A stretch of DNA of 64,000 bases from Rubrivivax sp. (GTDB lineage: Bacteria > Pseudomonadota > Gammaproteobacteria > Burkholderiales > Burkholderiaceae_C). Within the stretch, counting starts at the first letter, position 1. Each line of letters starts with the position of its first letter. Made by a program: the position numbers and the translations under genes. Below, piece after piece: positions 31,275-41,370 of this stretch. Below the pieces are notes generated by a model. The model made no database searches, was not told where the DNA came from, and saw nothing but the letters and a program-made list of their open reading frames with translations. The stretch covers positions 371-64,370 of the forward strand of contig JALHMT010000020.1 of assembly GCA_022843905.1 (NCBI GenBank), written 5' to 3'.

Positions 31275-31836
31275 CGCCACCCGCCGCGCGCTGGTCGGCG
31301 CTGCACTGGCCGCGCCGCTGTGGCCGGCCGCCGCCACCGAAGCCGAGGCTGCCTTCAGGGCCGGCGGCGTGGTGCTGGGCCTGCGCCATGCGCTCGCCCC
31401 GGGCACGTTCGACCCGCCGCAGTTCCGTCTGGGCGACTGCAGTACGCAGCGACTGCTGAGCGACGAAGGCCGTGCCCAGGCGCGGCGCATCGGCGAGTGG
31501 TTCAAGTCCCGCGGGCTGACACCGGCCCGCGTGCGTTCCAGCCCGTGGTGCCGCTGCCTGGACACCGCCACGCTGGCTTTCGGCGCCGCCGAGACCTGGC
31601 CTGCGCTCGGCTCGCCGCGGGGTTCCGACGGCAGCATCAATGCCACCCGCCTGGCCGATCTGAAGGCAGCCCTGGCCACCGCGTCGGCACAGCGCGGACG
31701 ATTCGAGGTGTGGGTCACTCACATGTTCGTGCTGTCCGACCTGGCCGGCACGAACACCGGTTCCGGCGACGGGCTGGTGATGCGCATGGGCCGCGGCGGG
31801 CAGCTGCAGCTGGTCGCGCGATTCCCGGGCACCTGA
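31252..31836 (+). CDS. Histidine phosphatase family protein
   Basis: TRRAL Tat-like leader; LRHA, SSPWCRC, VTH. Confidence 0.78.
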   Translation: MPSSPPPDATRRALVGAALAAPLWPAAATEAEAAFRAGGVVLGLRHALAPGTFDPPQFRLGDCSTQRLLSDEGRAQARRIGEWFKSRGLTPARVRSSPWCRCLDTATLAFGAAETWPALGSPRGSDGSINATRLADLKAALATASAQRGRFEVWVTHMFVLSDLAGTNTGSGDGLVMRMGRGGQLQLVARFPGT

Positions 31837-31904
31837 CCGCGCCGCCGCCTGACGCAGCGGCGCTGCGGCGATGCGCGGAGAATGCCGGCTCCACACGAGC
31901 CTCC

Positions 31905-33836
31905 ATGCCTGCCTCGACCCCCTCGCCGACGCGCGTGCTGTCGTTCATCTCGCCGATGACGCAGCTGAACACGCCCTATCCGTCCACCGCCTACCTGACC
32001 GGCTTCCTGCGCTCCCGTGGCGTGGCCGCCGTGCAGGAAGACCTGGCGCTGGCGCTGATCCTGGAGCTGCTGTCGCCGGCCGGCCTTCAGCAGCTGAAGT
32101 CGGCCATCGACGCATTGCCGTCGCCCGGCCGCAGCGAGGCGGTGGCGGCCTTCGACCAGCGATTCGACGAGTACCTCGAAACCCTGGGCCCGACCATCGC
32201 CTTCCTGCAGGGCCGCGACGCCACGCTGGCGCACCGCATCTGCAGCCGCCGCTTCCTGCCCGAGGGTGCGCGCTTCGCCTCGCTGGATGTCTACGTCGAC
32301 CCCGACGGCGGCGACCCCATGGCCTGGGCCTTCGGTGCGCTGGGCGTGCACGACCGCGCGCGCCACCTGGCCACGCTGTACCTCAACGACATCGCCGACG
32401 TGTTGCGCGACGCCGTCGATGCGCGCTTCGAGTTCGTGCGCTATGCCGAACAGCTGGCGCAGAGCCAGCCCAGCTTCGAGCCGCTGGCCGAGGCGCTGGC
32501 TGCGCCGAAGAACCTGGTCGACCGCACGCTGGAGCGGCTGACGCTGCAGGCCATTCACCGCCACCAGCCGACGCTGGTGCTGGTCTCGGTGCCCTTCCCG
32601 GGCGCCGTCTACGCCGCCTTCCGCATCGCGCAGACGATCAAGGCGCAGCACCCGCACATCGTCACCGCGCTGGGCGGCGGCTTCGTCAACACCGAGCTGC
32701 GCGAGATGACCGAGCCGCGCGTGTTCGACCATTTCGACTACGTGACGCTGGACGCCGGCGAACGCCCGCTGCTGGCGCTGCTGGAACACCTGGAGGGCCG
32801 GCGTTCGGTCAGCCGCCTGGTGCGCACCTACCGCCGCGACGCCGTCACGCGCGAGGTGAAGTACGTCAACTTCGTCGAGCCCGAGGTGCCCTTCGACGAC
32901 GTCGGCACGCCCACCTGGGATGGCCTGCCGCTGGACCGTTACCTGTCGCTGCTGGACATGCTCAACCCCATGCACCGGTTGTGGAGCGACGGACGATGGA
33001 ACAAGCTGACCGTGGCGCACGGCTGCTACTGGAAGAAGTGCAGCTTCTGCGACGTCAGCCTGGACTACATCTCGCGCTACGACGCGGCCACGGCCGGCAC
33101 GCTGGTCGACCGCATCGAGGCCATCGTCGCAGAGACCGGGCAGACCGGCTTCCATTTCGTCGACGAGGCCGCGCCGCCGAAGTCGCTGAAGGCGCTGGCG
33201 GCCGAGCTGCAGCGGCGTCGCCTGGCGATCTCGTGGTGGGGCAACATCCGCTTCGAGAAGTCCTTCACCCCCGAGCTGTGCGAGCAGCTCGCGGCCAGCG
33301 GCTGCATCGCGATCTCGGGCGGGCTCGAGGTGGCCTCCGACCGCCTGCTGTCGCTGATGAAGAAGGGCGTCTCGGTGGAGCAGGTGGCGCGCGTGACGCG
33401 CGGTTTCAGCGACGCCGGCATCCTCGTGCACGCCTACCTGATGTACGGCTTCCCCACGCAGACCGTGCAGGACACGGTCGATGCGCTGGAGTACGTGCGC
33501 CAGCTCTTCGCCGCGGGCTGCATCCAGTCGGGCTTCTTCCACCGCTTCGCCTGCACCGTGCACTCGCCGGTCGGCCGTGCGCCGCAGGACTACGGCGTGA
33601 CGCTGCTGCCGCTGCCGCCGGTGAGCTTCGCGAAGAACGACATCGGTTTCGTCGACCCCACCGGCACCGACCACGACGCGCTGGGCGTGGGGCTGAAGAA
33701 GGCGCTCTACAACTACATGCACGGCGTCGGCCTGGACGAGGACGTGCGGCAGTGGTTCGACTTCCCGGTGCCGAAGACACGCGTGCCGCGGCATCGCATC
33801 GAGCGGGCCCTGGCGTCGCCTGTTCCGGCTCGATGA
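31905..33836 (+). CDS. B12-binding-domain radical SAM protein
   Basis: TQLNTPYPST, GCYWKKCSFC cluster motif, FVDEAAPP, GGLE. Confidence 0.85.
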   Translation: MPASTPSPTRVLSFISPMTQLNTPYPSTAYLTGFLRSRGVAAVQEDLALALILELLSPAGLQQLKSAIDALPSPGRSEAVAAFDQRFDEYLETLGPTIAFLQGRDATLAHRICSRRFLPEGARFASLDVYVDPDGGDPMAWAFGALGVHDRARHLATLYLNDIADVLRDAVDARFEFVRYAEQLAQSQPSFEPLAEALAAPKNLVDRTLERLTLQAIHRHQPTLVLVSVPFPGAVYAAFRIAQTIKAQHPHIVTALGGGFVNTELREMTEPRVFDHFDYVTLDAGERPLLALLEHLEGRRSVSRLVRTYRRDAVTREVKYVNFVEPEVPFDDVGTPTWDGLPLDRYLSLLDMLNPMHRLWSDGRWNKLTVAHGCYWKKCSFCDVSLDYISRYDAATAGTLVDRIEAIVAETGQTGFHFVDEAAPPKSLKALAAELQRRRLAISWWGNIRFEKSFTPELCEQLAASGCIAISGGLEVASDRLLSLMKKGVSVEQVARVTRGFSDAGILVHAYLMYGFPTQTVQDTVDALEYVRQLFAAGCIQSGFFHRFACTVHSPVGRAPQDYGVTLLPLPPVSFAKNDIGFVDPTGTDHDALGVGLKKALYNYMHGVGLDEDVRQWFDFPVPKTRVPRHRIERALASPVPAR

Positions 33837-33846
33837 GCCTGCCGCC

Positions 33847-34449
33847 ATGACCGATGCCCGCCTGCACAGCCCCGCCGCCGAGCGCAATCGCGGCCCCATC
33901 CTGCTCGAGCTGCAGCGCCTGCTGCCGCCCGGCGGCACGATGCTGGAGGTCGCCGCTGGCACCGGCCAGCACGCGGCCCACTTCGCGGCCGCGCTGCCGG
34001 GCTGGCGATGGCAGCCCAGCGACGGCGACGCGCGCTCGCTGCCCTCCATCGCCGCCTGGTGCGAGGGCCTGGGCAACGTGCTGCCGCCGATCGCGCTGGA
34101 CGTGCTCGCGCCTGGATGGCCCGGCGTGCCGGCCCGGCTGGACGCCATCTTCAACGCCAACATGCTGCACATCTCGCCCTGGACGACCTGTGCCGCGTTG
34201 ATGCAGGGCGCCGCGCGGCATCTTTCGGCGCAAGGCCTGCTGCTGATTTACGGGCCGTACCTAGTGGACGGCGAGGCGACCGCGCCCAGCAACCTGGCTT
34301 TCGACGCCGATCTCAGGTCGCGCGATGCACGCTGGGGACTGCGCCGCCTGGCCGACGTGGAGGCCGAGGCCGGCCAGGTCGGGCTCGTGCTGGATCAGCG
34401 GGTGGCGATGCCGTCGAACAACCTGCTGCTCGTGTTCGCGCGTTCCTGA
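33847..34449 (+). CDS. DUF938 SAM-dependent methyltransferase
   Basis: SPAAERN, LEVAAGTGQH, NMLHISPW, YGPY, MPSNN. Confidence 0.88.
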   Translation: MTDARLHSPAAERNRGPILLELQRLLPPGGTMLEVAAGTGQHAAHFAAALPGWRWQPSDGDARSLPSIAAWCEGLGNVLPPIALDVLAPGWPGVPARLDAIFNANMLHISPWTTCAALMQGAARHLSAQGLLLIYGPYLVDGEATAPSNLAFDADLRSRDARWGLRRLADVEAEAGQVGLVLDQRVAMPSNNLLLVFARS

Positions 34450-34456
34450 GTCCGCC

Positions 34457-35677
34457 TCAGGCTTCGAGCTCCAGCGCCAGCAGTTCGGCCACCGTCTGCC
34501 GGCGGCGGATCAGGCGCGAGGACTCGCCGTCCACCAGCACCTCGGCGGCCAGCGGCCGGCTGTTGTAGTTGGAGGACATCGACGAGCCATAAGCCCCGGC
34601 ATCGTGGAAGACCAGCAGATCGCCCACGCCCGCGTCGGGCAGGTCCAGCGTGTGCACCACGCCGCCGTCGCTCTGCGTGAAGACGTCACCCGACTCGCAC
34701 AGCGGGCCGGCCACCACCGAGGCGCGGACCGGGCGCTCGACGCCGTCGGCCGCCAGCACCTCGATGCCGTGGTGGCTGCCGTACATGGCCGGGCGCATCA
34801 GCTCGTTGAAGCCGGCGTCGACCAGCACGAAGTGCTTGCGGCCCATGTCCTTCACCACGCGCACCTCGGCCAGCAGCACGCCGCTCTCGGCCACCAGGTA
34901 GCGGCCGGGTTCGATCTCGAGTTCGATGGCGTGGCCGCGCGCCTGCGCGATCTGCCGCCGCGCCGCGTCCCACAGGCTGAAGTAGTGCGCGGTGTCGATG
35001 CGCGGCTCGCCGGCGCGGTAGGGAATGGACAGGCCGCCGCCAGCCGAGATGGCCTCGATGGGCAGCGGCACGCGGGCCACCAGGTCGACCATGGCCTGGC
35101 AGACCTGGTGCAGGTGCGCGTAGTCCACGCCCGAGCCGATGTGCATGTGCAGCCCGACCAGCTTCAGGCCGTGCTGCGTGATGGCGGCCAGCGCCGCCGG
35201 CAGGTCGGCGTGCCAGATGCCGTGCTTGCTGTGCTCGCCGCCGGTGTTGGTCTTGTTGCTGTGGCCATGGCCGAAGCCGGGGTTGATGCGCAGCCAGACG
35301 CGGTGGCCGGCCGAGAGGGCGCCCAGCTGCTGCAGCATGTCCACCGAGCCCGCGTTGACGGTGATGCCGTCGGCCACCACGCGCGCCAGCGTGGCGGTGT
35401 CGAAGAGATCGGCGGTGAAGACGATGTCGTGCACCGCGTAGCCGGCGGCCAGCGCGCGCTCGATCTCGCCCAGCGAGACGGCGTCCACCTTCACGCCCTG
35501 CCCGCGCATCAGCTTCAGCAGGTGGATGTTGGAGTTGGCCTTCTGCGCGTAGCGGATGACGTCGAAGGGCTTCAGCGCCGCGATGCGCTCGCGCACCGTG
35601 GCGGCGTCGTACACCCACAGCGGCGTGCCGTGGGCCAACGCCAGGCGGCGCAGCAGGGGGGCAGGGAAGGGGTTCAT
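34457..35677 (-). CDS. lysA: Diaminopimelate decarboxylase
   Basis: YAQKAN PLP Lys, HMHIGSG, EPGRY, GPLCESGD, GAYG.SMSSNYN. Confidence 0.95.
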   Translation of the reverse strand: MNPFPAPLLRRLALAHGTPLWVYDAATVRERIAALKPFDVIRYAQKANSNIHLLKLMRGQGVKVDAVSLGEIERALAAGYAVHDIVFTADLFDTATLARVVADGITVNAGSVDMLQQLGALSAGHRVWLRINPGFGHGHSNKTNTGGEHSKHGIWHADLPAALAAITQHGLKLVGLHMHIGSGVDYAHLHQVCQAMVDLVARVPLPIEAISAGGGLSIPYRAGEPRIDTAHYFSLWDAARRQIAQARGHAIELEIEPGRYLVAESGVLLAEVRVVKDMGRKHFVLVDAGFNELMRPAMYGSHHGIEVLAADGVERPVRASVVAGPLCESGDVFTQSDGGVVHTLDLPDAGVGDLLVFHDAGAYGSSMSSNYNSRPLAAEVLVDGESSRLIRRRQTVAELLALELEA

Positions 35678-35704
35678 GGGACGGGATGCTGCGCCGGACA
35701 GATC

Positions 35705-35725
35705 ATTCATGCAATGACGATGAAT
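35705..35725. promoter_or_regulatory. Probable LysR operator between lysA and lysR
   Basis: ATTCAT-N9-ATGAAT dyad in the divergent intergenic region. Confidence 0.5.
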
Positions 35726-35752
35726 TGAGCAAGTCATGCAGAATGGATATGC

Positions 35753-36676
35753 ATGCAGCTCACCCACCGCCAGATCGAGGTCTTCCGCACCGTCATGGCC
35801 AGCGGCCATGTCACGCGGGCGGCCGAGCGGCTGGGCAGCTCGCAACCGACCGTCAGCCGCGAGATCGCCCGCCTGGAGCGCGTGCTGGGCCTGGTCCTGT
35901 TCGACCGGGTTCGCGGGCGCCTGCAGCCCACCGTGCGTGCGCAGGCGCTGCTGGAGGAGGTGCAGCGTTCCTACATTGGCCTGGACCGCATCGCCGCTGC
36001 CGCGCTGGGTCTGCGCGACTTCGCTGACGGTCGCCTGGCGGTGGCCTGCCTGCCGGCGCTGGCGCACGCGCTGCTGCCCGACGCCGCGCGCCGCTTCATG
36101 GCCGGGCACCCGCGCGCCGGCCTGGCCGTCACGCCGCAGGAGTCGCCGCTGCTGGAGCAGTGGCTGACCGAACAGCGCTTCGACCTCGGCCTCGTCGAAG
36201 CACGCCAGGCACCGCCGGCCACGCGGCTCGAACCGCTGCTGCAGGCCGACGAGGTCGTGGTCTTGCCGGCCGGCCATGCGCTGCTGACGCGGCGCGTGCT
36301 CACGCCGCGCCAGTTCGAAGGCGAGGCCTTCGTCAGCCTGGCCCCGGCCGACCCCTACCGGCAGGCCGTCGACGCGCTGTTCGCCGAACACGGCGTGGCC
36401 AGGCGCCTGTCGGTCGAAGCGGCCAGCGCCGTCTCGGTCTGTGCGCTGGTGCGGCAGGGCCTGGGCGTGGCCATCGTCAACCCGCTGACGGCCCTGGAGC
36501 TGGCCGGGCCGGGGCTGCACATCCGGCCGCTGTCGGTGGGCATCGCCTTCCACGTCGGGCTGGTGGTGCCCGAACTGCGTGCCCCCAGCCCCTTGCTCGA
36601 TGCCTTCAGGCAGAGCCTGTTCAGCGCGGCATCGGCGCTGCAGACGCGGCTGAAGGCCGTGGCCCGGGTGCGCTAG
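35753..36676 (+). CDS. lysR: LysR transcriptional activator, divergent from lysA
   Basis: HRQIEVF...SQPTVSRE.ARLE HTH; classic lysA/lysR arrangement. Confidence 0.9.
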   Translation: MQLTHRQIEVFRTVMASGHVTRAAERLGSSQPTVSREIARLERVLGLVLFDRVRGRLQPTVRAQALLEEVQRSYIGLDRIAAAALGLRDFADGRLAVACLPALAHALLPDAARRFMAGHPRAGLAVTPQESPLLEQWLTEQRFDLGLVEARQAPPATRLEPLLQADEVVVLPAGHALLTRRVLTPRQFEGEAFVSLAPADPYRQAVDALFAEHGVARRLSVEAASAVSVCALVRQGLGVAIVNPLTALELAGPGLHIRPLSVGIAFHVGLVVPELRAPSPLLDAFRQSLFSAASALQTRLKAVARVR

Positions 36677-36677
36677 C

Positions 36678-37766
36678 TCAGCCCAGGTATTCGCAGATCA
36701 GCCGGTGGAACTGGTGCACGCCGCGTTCGTGCCGCGGCGAGTAGCGCCCGCCGCGATACAGGCGGGCGCGCAGGCCGCGCTGCACGGCTTCCACGGCGGC
36801 CTCGTCTTCCATTTCCACCGTGTCGAGTGCGCCGCCGGCGCCTTCGGCCAGCAGTCGTTCATCGTGCACGTAGCTGCGGAACAGCACCCGCGTGCGTGCG
36901 GGTCCCTGCGGCAGCACCAGGTTCACCGACAGCCCCCAGGGATAGAAATTGAGCATCAGGTTGGGGAAGACCCAGAAGTAGTACGCCGCCACGCGCCGGC
37001 CCGCCTCGGGCGAACCGGCAGGCAGACCTTCGAAGGCCGGTTCGCCGTCGCGCGCCAGGGCCAGCTGCAGGTTGCCGTGGCGGAACAGCTCGTAGTGGTA
37101 GCCGTCGGGATCGAGCGTGGCGTGCAGGGCCGGGTGCAGGAAGGGGATGTGCAGACCTTCCAGATAGTTCTCGACGTACAGCGCCCAGTGCGCCTGCACC
37201 GTGAAGTCACGGCTGCGCGAGGGCTCGGGCCGGTAGTGCTCGATCGGCAGGCCGGCCAGCCGGGCCGAGACATCGCCCAGGACCGCCTCGAAGGCCGCGG
37301 CCGGTTGCAGAGAAGTGAAAAGATGACCGCAGAAATTGCCAATCGGCAAGGACGGCAGGTGATCGGTGTCGCAGGGAAAGTCCTGAGCGCCCTCGAAGCC
37401 GGGCATGAACAGCATGCGTCCGCCCAGGTCGAAGCGGCGGGAGTGGTAGCTGCAGCGCACCTGTTCGGCGCGGCAGGCTTCGGTGATCAGCAGATTGCCC
37501 CGGTGCGTGCAGACGTTGGACAGGCAGCGCAGCGTGCCGGCCTCGTCGCGCGACAGCAGCAGCGGCTCGTCGATCAGCCCCGGCAGCAGCGTGCGCGGGC
37601 TCAGCGATGCCGTCTCGGACACGTCGCGCCCGTCGCCCAGCCATTGCCAGGTGCGGGCGAAGATGCGCTCGCGAACGGTCTCGAACACAGCGGGGTCAAG
37701 ATAGAAGGCGACGTCCAGCGTGCGCGCGGCGGCCACCTCTTCATGGACGTGGAAGCGAGGGCCCAT
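36678..37766 (-). CDS. Rieske non-heme iron oxygenase alpha subunit (choline monooxygenase-like)
   Basis: NVCTHRG...CSYH Rieske motif; ENYLEGLHIPFLH mononuclear Fe motif; MED. Confidence 0.88.
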   Translation of the reverse strand: MGPRFHVHEEVAAARTLDVAFYLDPAVFETVRERIFARTWQWLGDGRDVSETASLSPRTLLPGLIDEPLLLSRDEAGTLRCLSNVCTHRGNLLITEACRAEQVRCSYHSRRFDLGGRMLFMPGFEGAQDFPCDTDHLPSLPIGNFCGHLFTSLQPAAAFEAVLGDVSARLAGLPIEHYRPEPSRSRDFTVQAHWALYVENYLEGLHIPFLHPALHATLDPDGYHYELFRHGNLQLALARDGEPAFEGLPAGSPEAGRRVAAYYFWVFPNLMLNFYPWGLSVNLVLPQGPARTRVLFRSYVHDERLLAEGAGGALDTVEMEDEAAVEAVQRGLRARLYRGGRYSPRHERGVHQFHRLICEYLG

Positions 37767-37777
37767 CGCTGCGCCGC

Positions 37778-38968
37778 TCAGACCCGGGTCGCCGCTGCCG
37801 CCGCCGCCGCGCGGCGGTTCGAGAACACCAGCCAGACCAGTGCGGCGCTGACCATGGCGATGGGCACCAGCGAGCCCAGGTTCAGCCAGGTCCAGCCCTG
37901 CGAGGTGACGAGGGCGCCCGAGGCGAACGAGGTCACGGCCATGGTCGCGAACACACAGGTGTCCATCGCGCCCTGGGCCTTGTTCTTTTCCTCGGGCCGG
38001 TAGGTGGTGGTGAAGAGGGCTGTGGCACCGGTGTAGAGGAAGTTCCAGCCCACACCCAAGGCGGTCAGGGCGATCAGGAACTCCATCAGGTCGACGCCCG
38101 ACAAGGCCACGGCCACGCAGACGAAGTTGAGCAGGGCGCCCACGCCCATCACCGGCAGGGCGCCGAAGCGCTTGATCAGGTGACCGGTGAAGAAGCTCGG
38201 CACGAACATGCCCAGCACGTGCCACTCCAGCACCAGGGCAGCGCTGTCGAAAGGGTGTTTGCACTGCTGCATGGCGATGGGCGTGGCGGCCATCAGCAGG
38301 TTCATCACGCCGTAGCCCAGTGCACCCGCGGCGATGGCCACCACGAACACGGGCTGCCGTACCAGTTCGCTCAGGGGACGGCCCGTGGAAGCACCCGGCA
38401 GGGGCGTCTTGTGCTCCGGGAACCTGATGAACGACAGGGCCAGCAGGGCGAGCGCTGCCACGCCGATCAGAGCGAGGTAAGCGCCTGCAAACTGCACCGG
38501 CAACAGTTCCCGGGTGGCACTGGCCAGGTTGGGCCCGGCGAACGCGCCGATGATGCCGCCTGCCAGGACCCAGGAGATGGCCTTTTCCTTGTAGGCCGGG
38601 GCAGCCAGTTCCGGCCCGGCGAAGCGGTACAGCGACGCGTTGGCGCTGTAAAAGCCGGCAATCACGGTGGCGGTCACCAGCAGCCAGAAGTTCTGAGTGC
38701 TGATGGCGTAGGCGCACAAGGCTGCCGAAGCCATCGCCACGATCAGGCCGAACTGGAACGAGCGCTTGCGCCCGAAGTGCGCCTGCGTGCGCGCCACGAT
38801 GGGTGCGCTGAGCGCGCCGCCCACCACGTAGCCGGTGACCGGCAGGGTCGCCATCCAGCCGACTGGAGCCAGCGCCAGACCCACCAGGCCATTGATGGCG
38901 ATGAACGTGACGTTGTTGGTGAGAAACAAACCCTGACACAGGGCGAGCAACAGCAGATGACGGGTCAT
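37778..38968 (-). CDS. MFS transporter
   Basis: About 12 TM helices; YRFA, MNLLMAATP, WHVLGMFVPSFFTG. Confidence 0.9.
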   Translation of the reverse strand: MTRHLLLLALCQGLFLTNNVTFIAINGLVGLALAPVGWMATLPVTGYVVGGALSAPIVARTQAHFGRKRSFQFGLIVAMASAALCAYAISTQNFWLLVTATVIAGFYSANASLYRFAGPELAAPAYKEKAISWVLAGGIIGAFAGPNLASATRELLPVQFAGAYLALIGVAALALLALSFIRFPEHKTPLPGASTGRPLSELVRQPVFVVAIAAGALGYGVMNLLMAATPIAMQQCKHPFDSAALVLEWHVLGMFVPSFFTGHLIKRFGALPVMGVGALLNFVCVAVALSGVDLMEFLIALTALGVGWNFLYTGATALFTTTYRPEEKNKAQGAMDTCVFATMAVTSFASGALVTSQGWTWLNLGSLVPIAMVSAALVWLVFSNRRAAAAAAATRV

Positions 38969-39054
38969 GCACCTGATCATCGCATTGCCTGCACCCGGTC
39001 AGCGCAAACGCTGCGCCGAACGTTGTGGACCGGGGCAGGACCTTCGTGACGGCA

Positions 39055-39070
39055 AGGCACGCGAATTGCG
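39055..39070 (+). promoter_or_regulatory. Sigma54 (-24/-12) promoter upstream of yeaG
   Basis: AGGCACGCGAATTGCG: GG-N10-GC, close to TGGCAC-N5-TTGC. Confidence 0.65.
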
Positions 39071-39316
39071 TTGCAGGGGTCGTGATGCACCGCCACCGGG
39101 CGGGCCGGAAGAACTGGTGGGCACAAGGGGTGCTCTTTCAGCGGCCACTCGGTGCAGAATGAATCATGCTGGTTCGCTCTCGTTGTTGAAGCACGCTTCA
39201 GCCGATGACCGGAAAGCTCTGATGGAGCCCGGGCCTGTACAGCCGGGACTTCATCAGAACTTCCCAGACGCCGGGGTATCCCCCCCGTTGTGTCTTCCTC
39301 GCACCAGGAGGTCCGC

Positions 39317-41239
39317 ATGGACGTGATCAGCAGCTTCGCAGCCCGTTACGAGCGCACTCGCGAAGAAGAGATATCCCTCGAGGACTATCTCGCCGAATGC
39401 AAGAGCAACCCCTTGGCCTACGCCACCGCCGCCGAGCGCATGCTGCGGGCGATCGGTGAACCCAAGACCGTCGACACGCGCAACGACCCCCGGCTGTCGC
39501 GCCTGTTCGCCAACAAGGTGATCAAGGTCTACCCGGCCTTCGCCGAGTTCTACGGCATGGAAGACGCCATCGAGCAGGTGGTGAGCTACTTCCGCCACGC
39601 CGCGCAGGGCCTGGAAGAGAAGAAGCAGATCCTCTACCTGCTGGGCCCGGTGGGCGGCGGCAAGAGCTCCATCGCCGAGCGCCTGAAGCAGCTCATGCAG
39701 GAGGTGCCGTTCTACGCCATCAAGGGCTCGCCGGTGAACGAGAGCCCGCTGGGCCTGTTCGACATCACCGAGGACGGCCCCATCCTCGAAAGCGAATACG
39801 GCATCCCGCGGCGCTACCTCAACCGCATCCTCAGCCCCTGGGCGGTGAAGCGGCTCGAAGAGTACGGCGGCGACATCCGCAAGTTCAAGGTCGTCAAGCG
39901 CCACCCCAGCATCCTCAAGCAGGTGGGCATCAGCAAGACCGAGCCGGGTGACGAGAACAACCAGGACATCAGCTCGCTGGTGGGCAAGGTCGACATCCGC
40001 AAGCTCGAGACGTACGCGCAGGACGACCCCGACGCCTACAGCTACAGCGGCGGCCTGTGCCTGGCCAACCAGGGCCTGCTGGAATTTGTCGAGATGTTCA
40101 AGGCGCCCATCAAGGTGCTGCACCCGCTGCTGACGGCGACCCAGGAAGGCAACTTCAAGGGCACCGAAGGCTTCGGCGCCATCCCTTTCGACGGTGTGGT
40201 GTTGGCGCACAGCAACGAGAGCGAGTGGAAGGCCTTCCGCAACAACAAGAACAACGAGGCCTTCCTCGACCGCATCTACATCGTCAAGGTGCCGTACTGC
40301 CTGCGTGTCAGCGAAGAGATCAAGATCTACGAGAAGCTGCTGAAGGGCTCGTCGCTGGCCGGTGCCACCTGTGCCCCGGGCACGCTGAAGATGATGAGCC
40401 AGTTCGCCGTGCTCACGCGCCTGAAGGAGCCCGAGAACAGCAGCCTCTATTCCAAGATGCTGGTGTACGACGGCGAGAACCTGAAGGACACCGACCCGCG
40501 CGCCAAGAGCTACCAGGAGTACCGCGACTACGCCGGTGTCGACGAAGGCATGAGCGGCATCAGCACGCGCTTCGCCTACAAGATCCTGTCCAAGGTCTTC
40601 AACTTCGACAGCACCGAGGTCGCGGCCAACCCGGTGCACCTGATGTACGTGCTGGAGCAGCAGATCGAGCGCGAGCAGTTCCCGGCCGAGGTCGAGCAGA
40701 AGTACCTGGCCTTCATCAAGGAGCACCTGGCCACGCGCTACGCCGAGTTCATCGGCAAGGAGATCCAGACCGCCTATCTGGAGAGCTACAGCGAATACGG
40801 CCAGAACATCTTCGACCGCTACGTCACCTACGCCGACTACTGGATCCAGGACCACGAGTACCGCGACACCGACACCGGCGAGGTCTTCGACCGCGGCAGC
40901 CTGAACGGCGAGCTCGAGAAGATCGAGAAGCCCGCCGGCATCGCCAACCCGAAGGACTTCCGCAACGAGATCGTCAACTTCGTGTTGCGGGCGCGTGCCA
41001 ACAACCAGGGCAAGAACCCGGTGTGGACCAGCTACGAGAAGCTGCGCACGGTGATCGAGAAGAAGATGTTCTCGAACACCGAGGAGCTGCTGCCGGTCAT
41101 CAGCTTCAACGCCAAGGCCAGCGCCGACGAGGCCAAGAAGCACGAGGACTTCGTCACCCGCATGGTCGCCAAGGGCTACACCGCCAAGCAGGTGCGCCTG
41201 CTCTGCGAGTGGTACCTGCGCGTCAGGAAGAGTTCGTGA
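39317..41239 (+). CDS. yeaG: PrkA-family serine protein kinase/AAA+ protein
   Basis: GPVGGGKSS, EPGDENNQD, EFVEMFKA, EWYLRVRKSS. Confidence 0.95.
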   Translation: MDVISSFAARYERTREEEISLEDYLAECKSNPLAYATAAERMLRAIGEPKTVDTRNDPRLSRLFANKVIKVYPAFAEFYGMEDAIEQVVSYFRHAAQGLEEKKQILYLLGPVGGGKSSIAERLKQLMQEVPFYAIKGSPVNESPLGLFDITEDGPILESEYGIPRRYLNRILSPWAVKRLEEYGGDIRKFKVVKRHPSILKQVGISKTEPGDENNQDISSLVGKVDIRKLETYAQDDPDAYSYSGGLCLANQGLLEFVEMFKAPIKVLHPLLTATQEGNFKGTEGFGAIPFDGVVLAHSNESEWKAFRNNKNNEAFLDRIYIVKVPYCLRVSEEIKIYEKLLKGSSLAGATCAPGTLKMMSQFAVLTRLKEPENSSLYSKMLVYDGENLKDTDPRAKSYQEYRDYAGVDEGMSGISTRFAYKILSKVFNFDSTEVAANPVHLMYVLEQQIEREQFPAEVEQKYLAFIKEHLATRYAEFIGKEIQTAYLESYSEYGQNIFDRYVTYADYWIQDHEYRDTDTGEVFDRGSLNGELEKIEKPAGIANPKDFRNEIVNFVLRARANNQGKNPVWTSYEKLRTVIEKKMFSNTEELLPVISFNAKASADEAKKHEDFVTRMVAKGYTAKQVRLLCEWYLRVRKSS

Positions 41240-41261
41240 CCTCCCGCCACCTCGTCCTGCC

Positions 41262-41359
41262 CCCTCTCCCGCTGGAGGGAGAGGGCTGGGGTGAGGGCGT
41301 TGCCATCACCTCGACCGACCCACCCTCACCCCCGCCCTCTCCCGCCCTGCGGGAGAGGG
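41262..41359. repeat. REP/REPIN-like inverted pair of palindromic units
   Basis: CCCTCTCCC-N6-GGGAGAGGGCTGGGGTGAGGG ... CCCTCACCCCCGCCCTCTCCC-N7-GGGAGAGGG. Confidence 0.8.
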
Positions 41360-41370
41360 AGTGAGACCGC

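Noticed and set aside
31905-33836. B12 radical SAM protein as maturase of the GG-leader peptide
   Set aside because: 16 kb away among unrelated genes, with no RRE/SPASM features; looks like a widespread stand-alone family.
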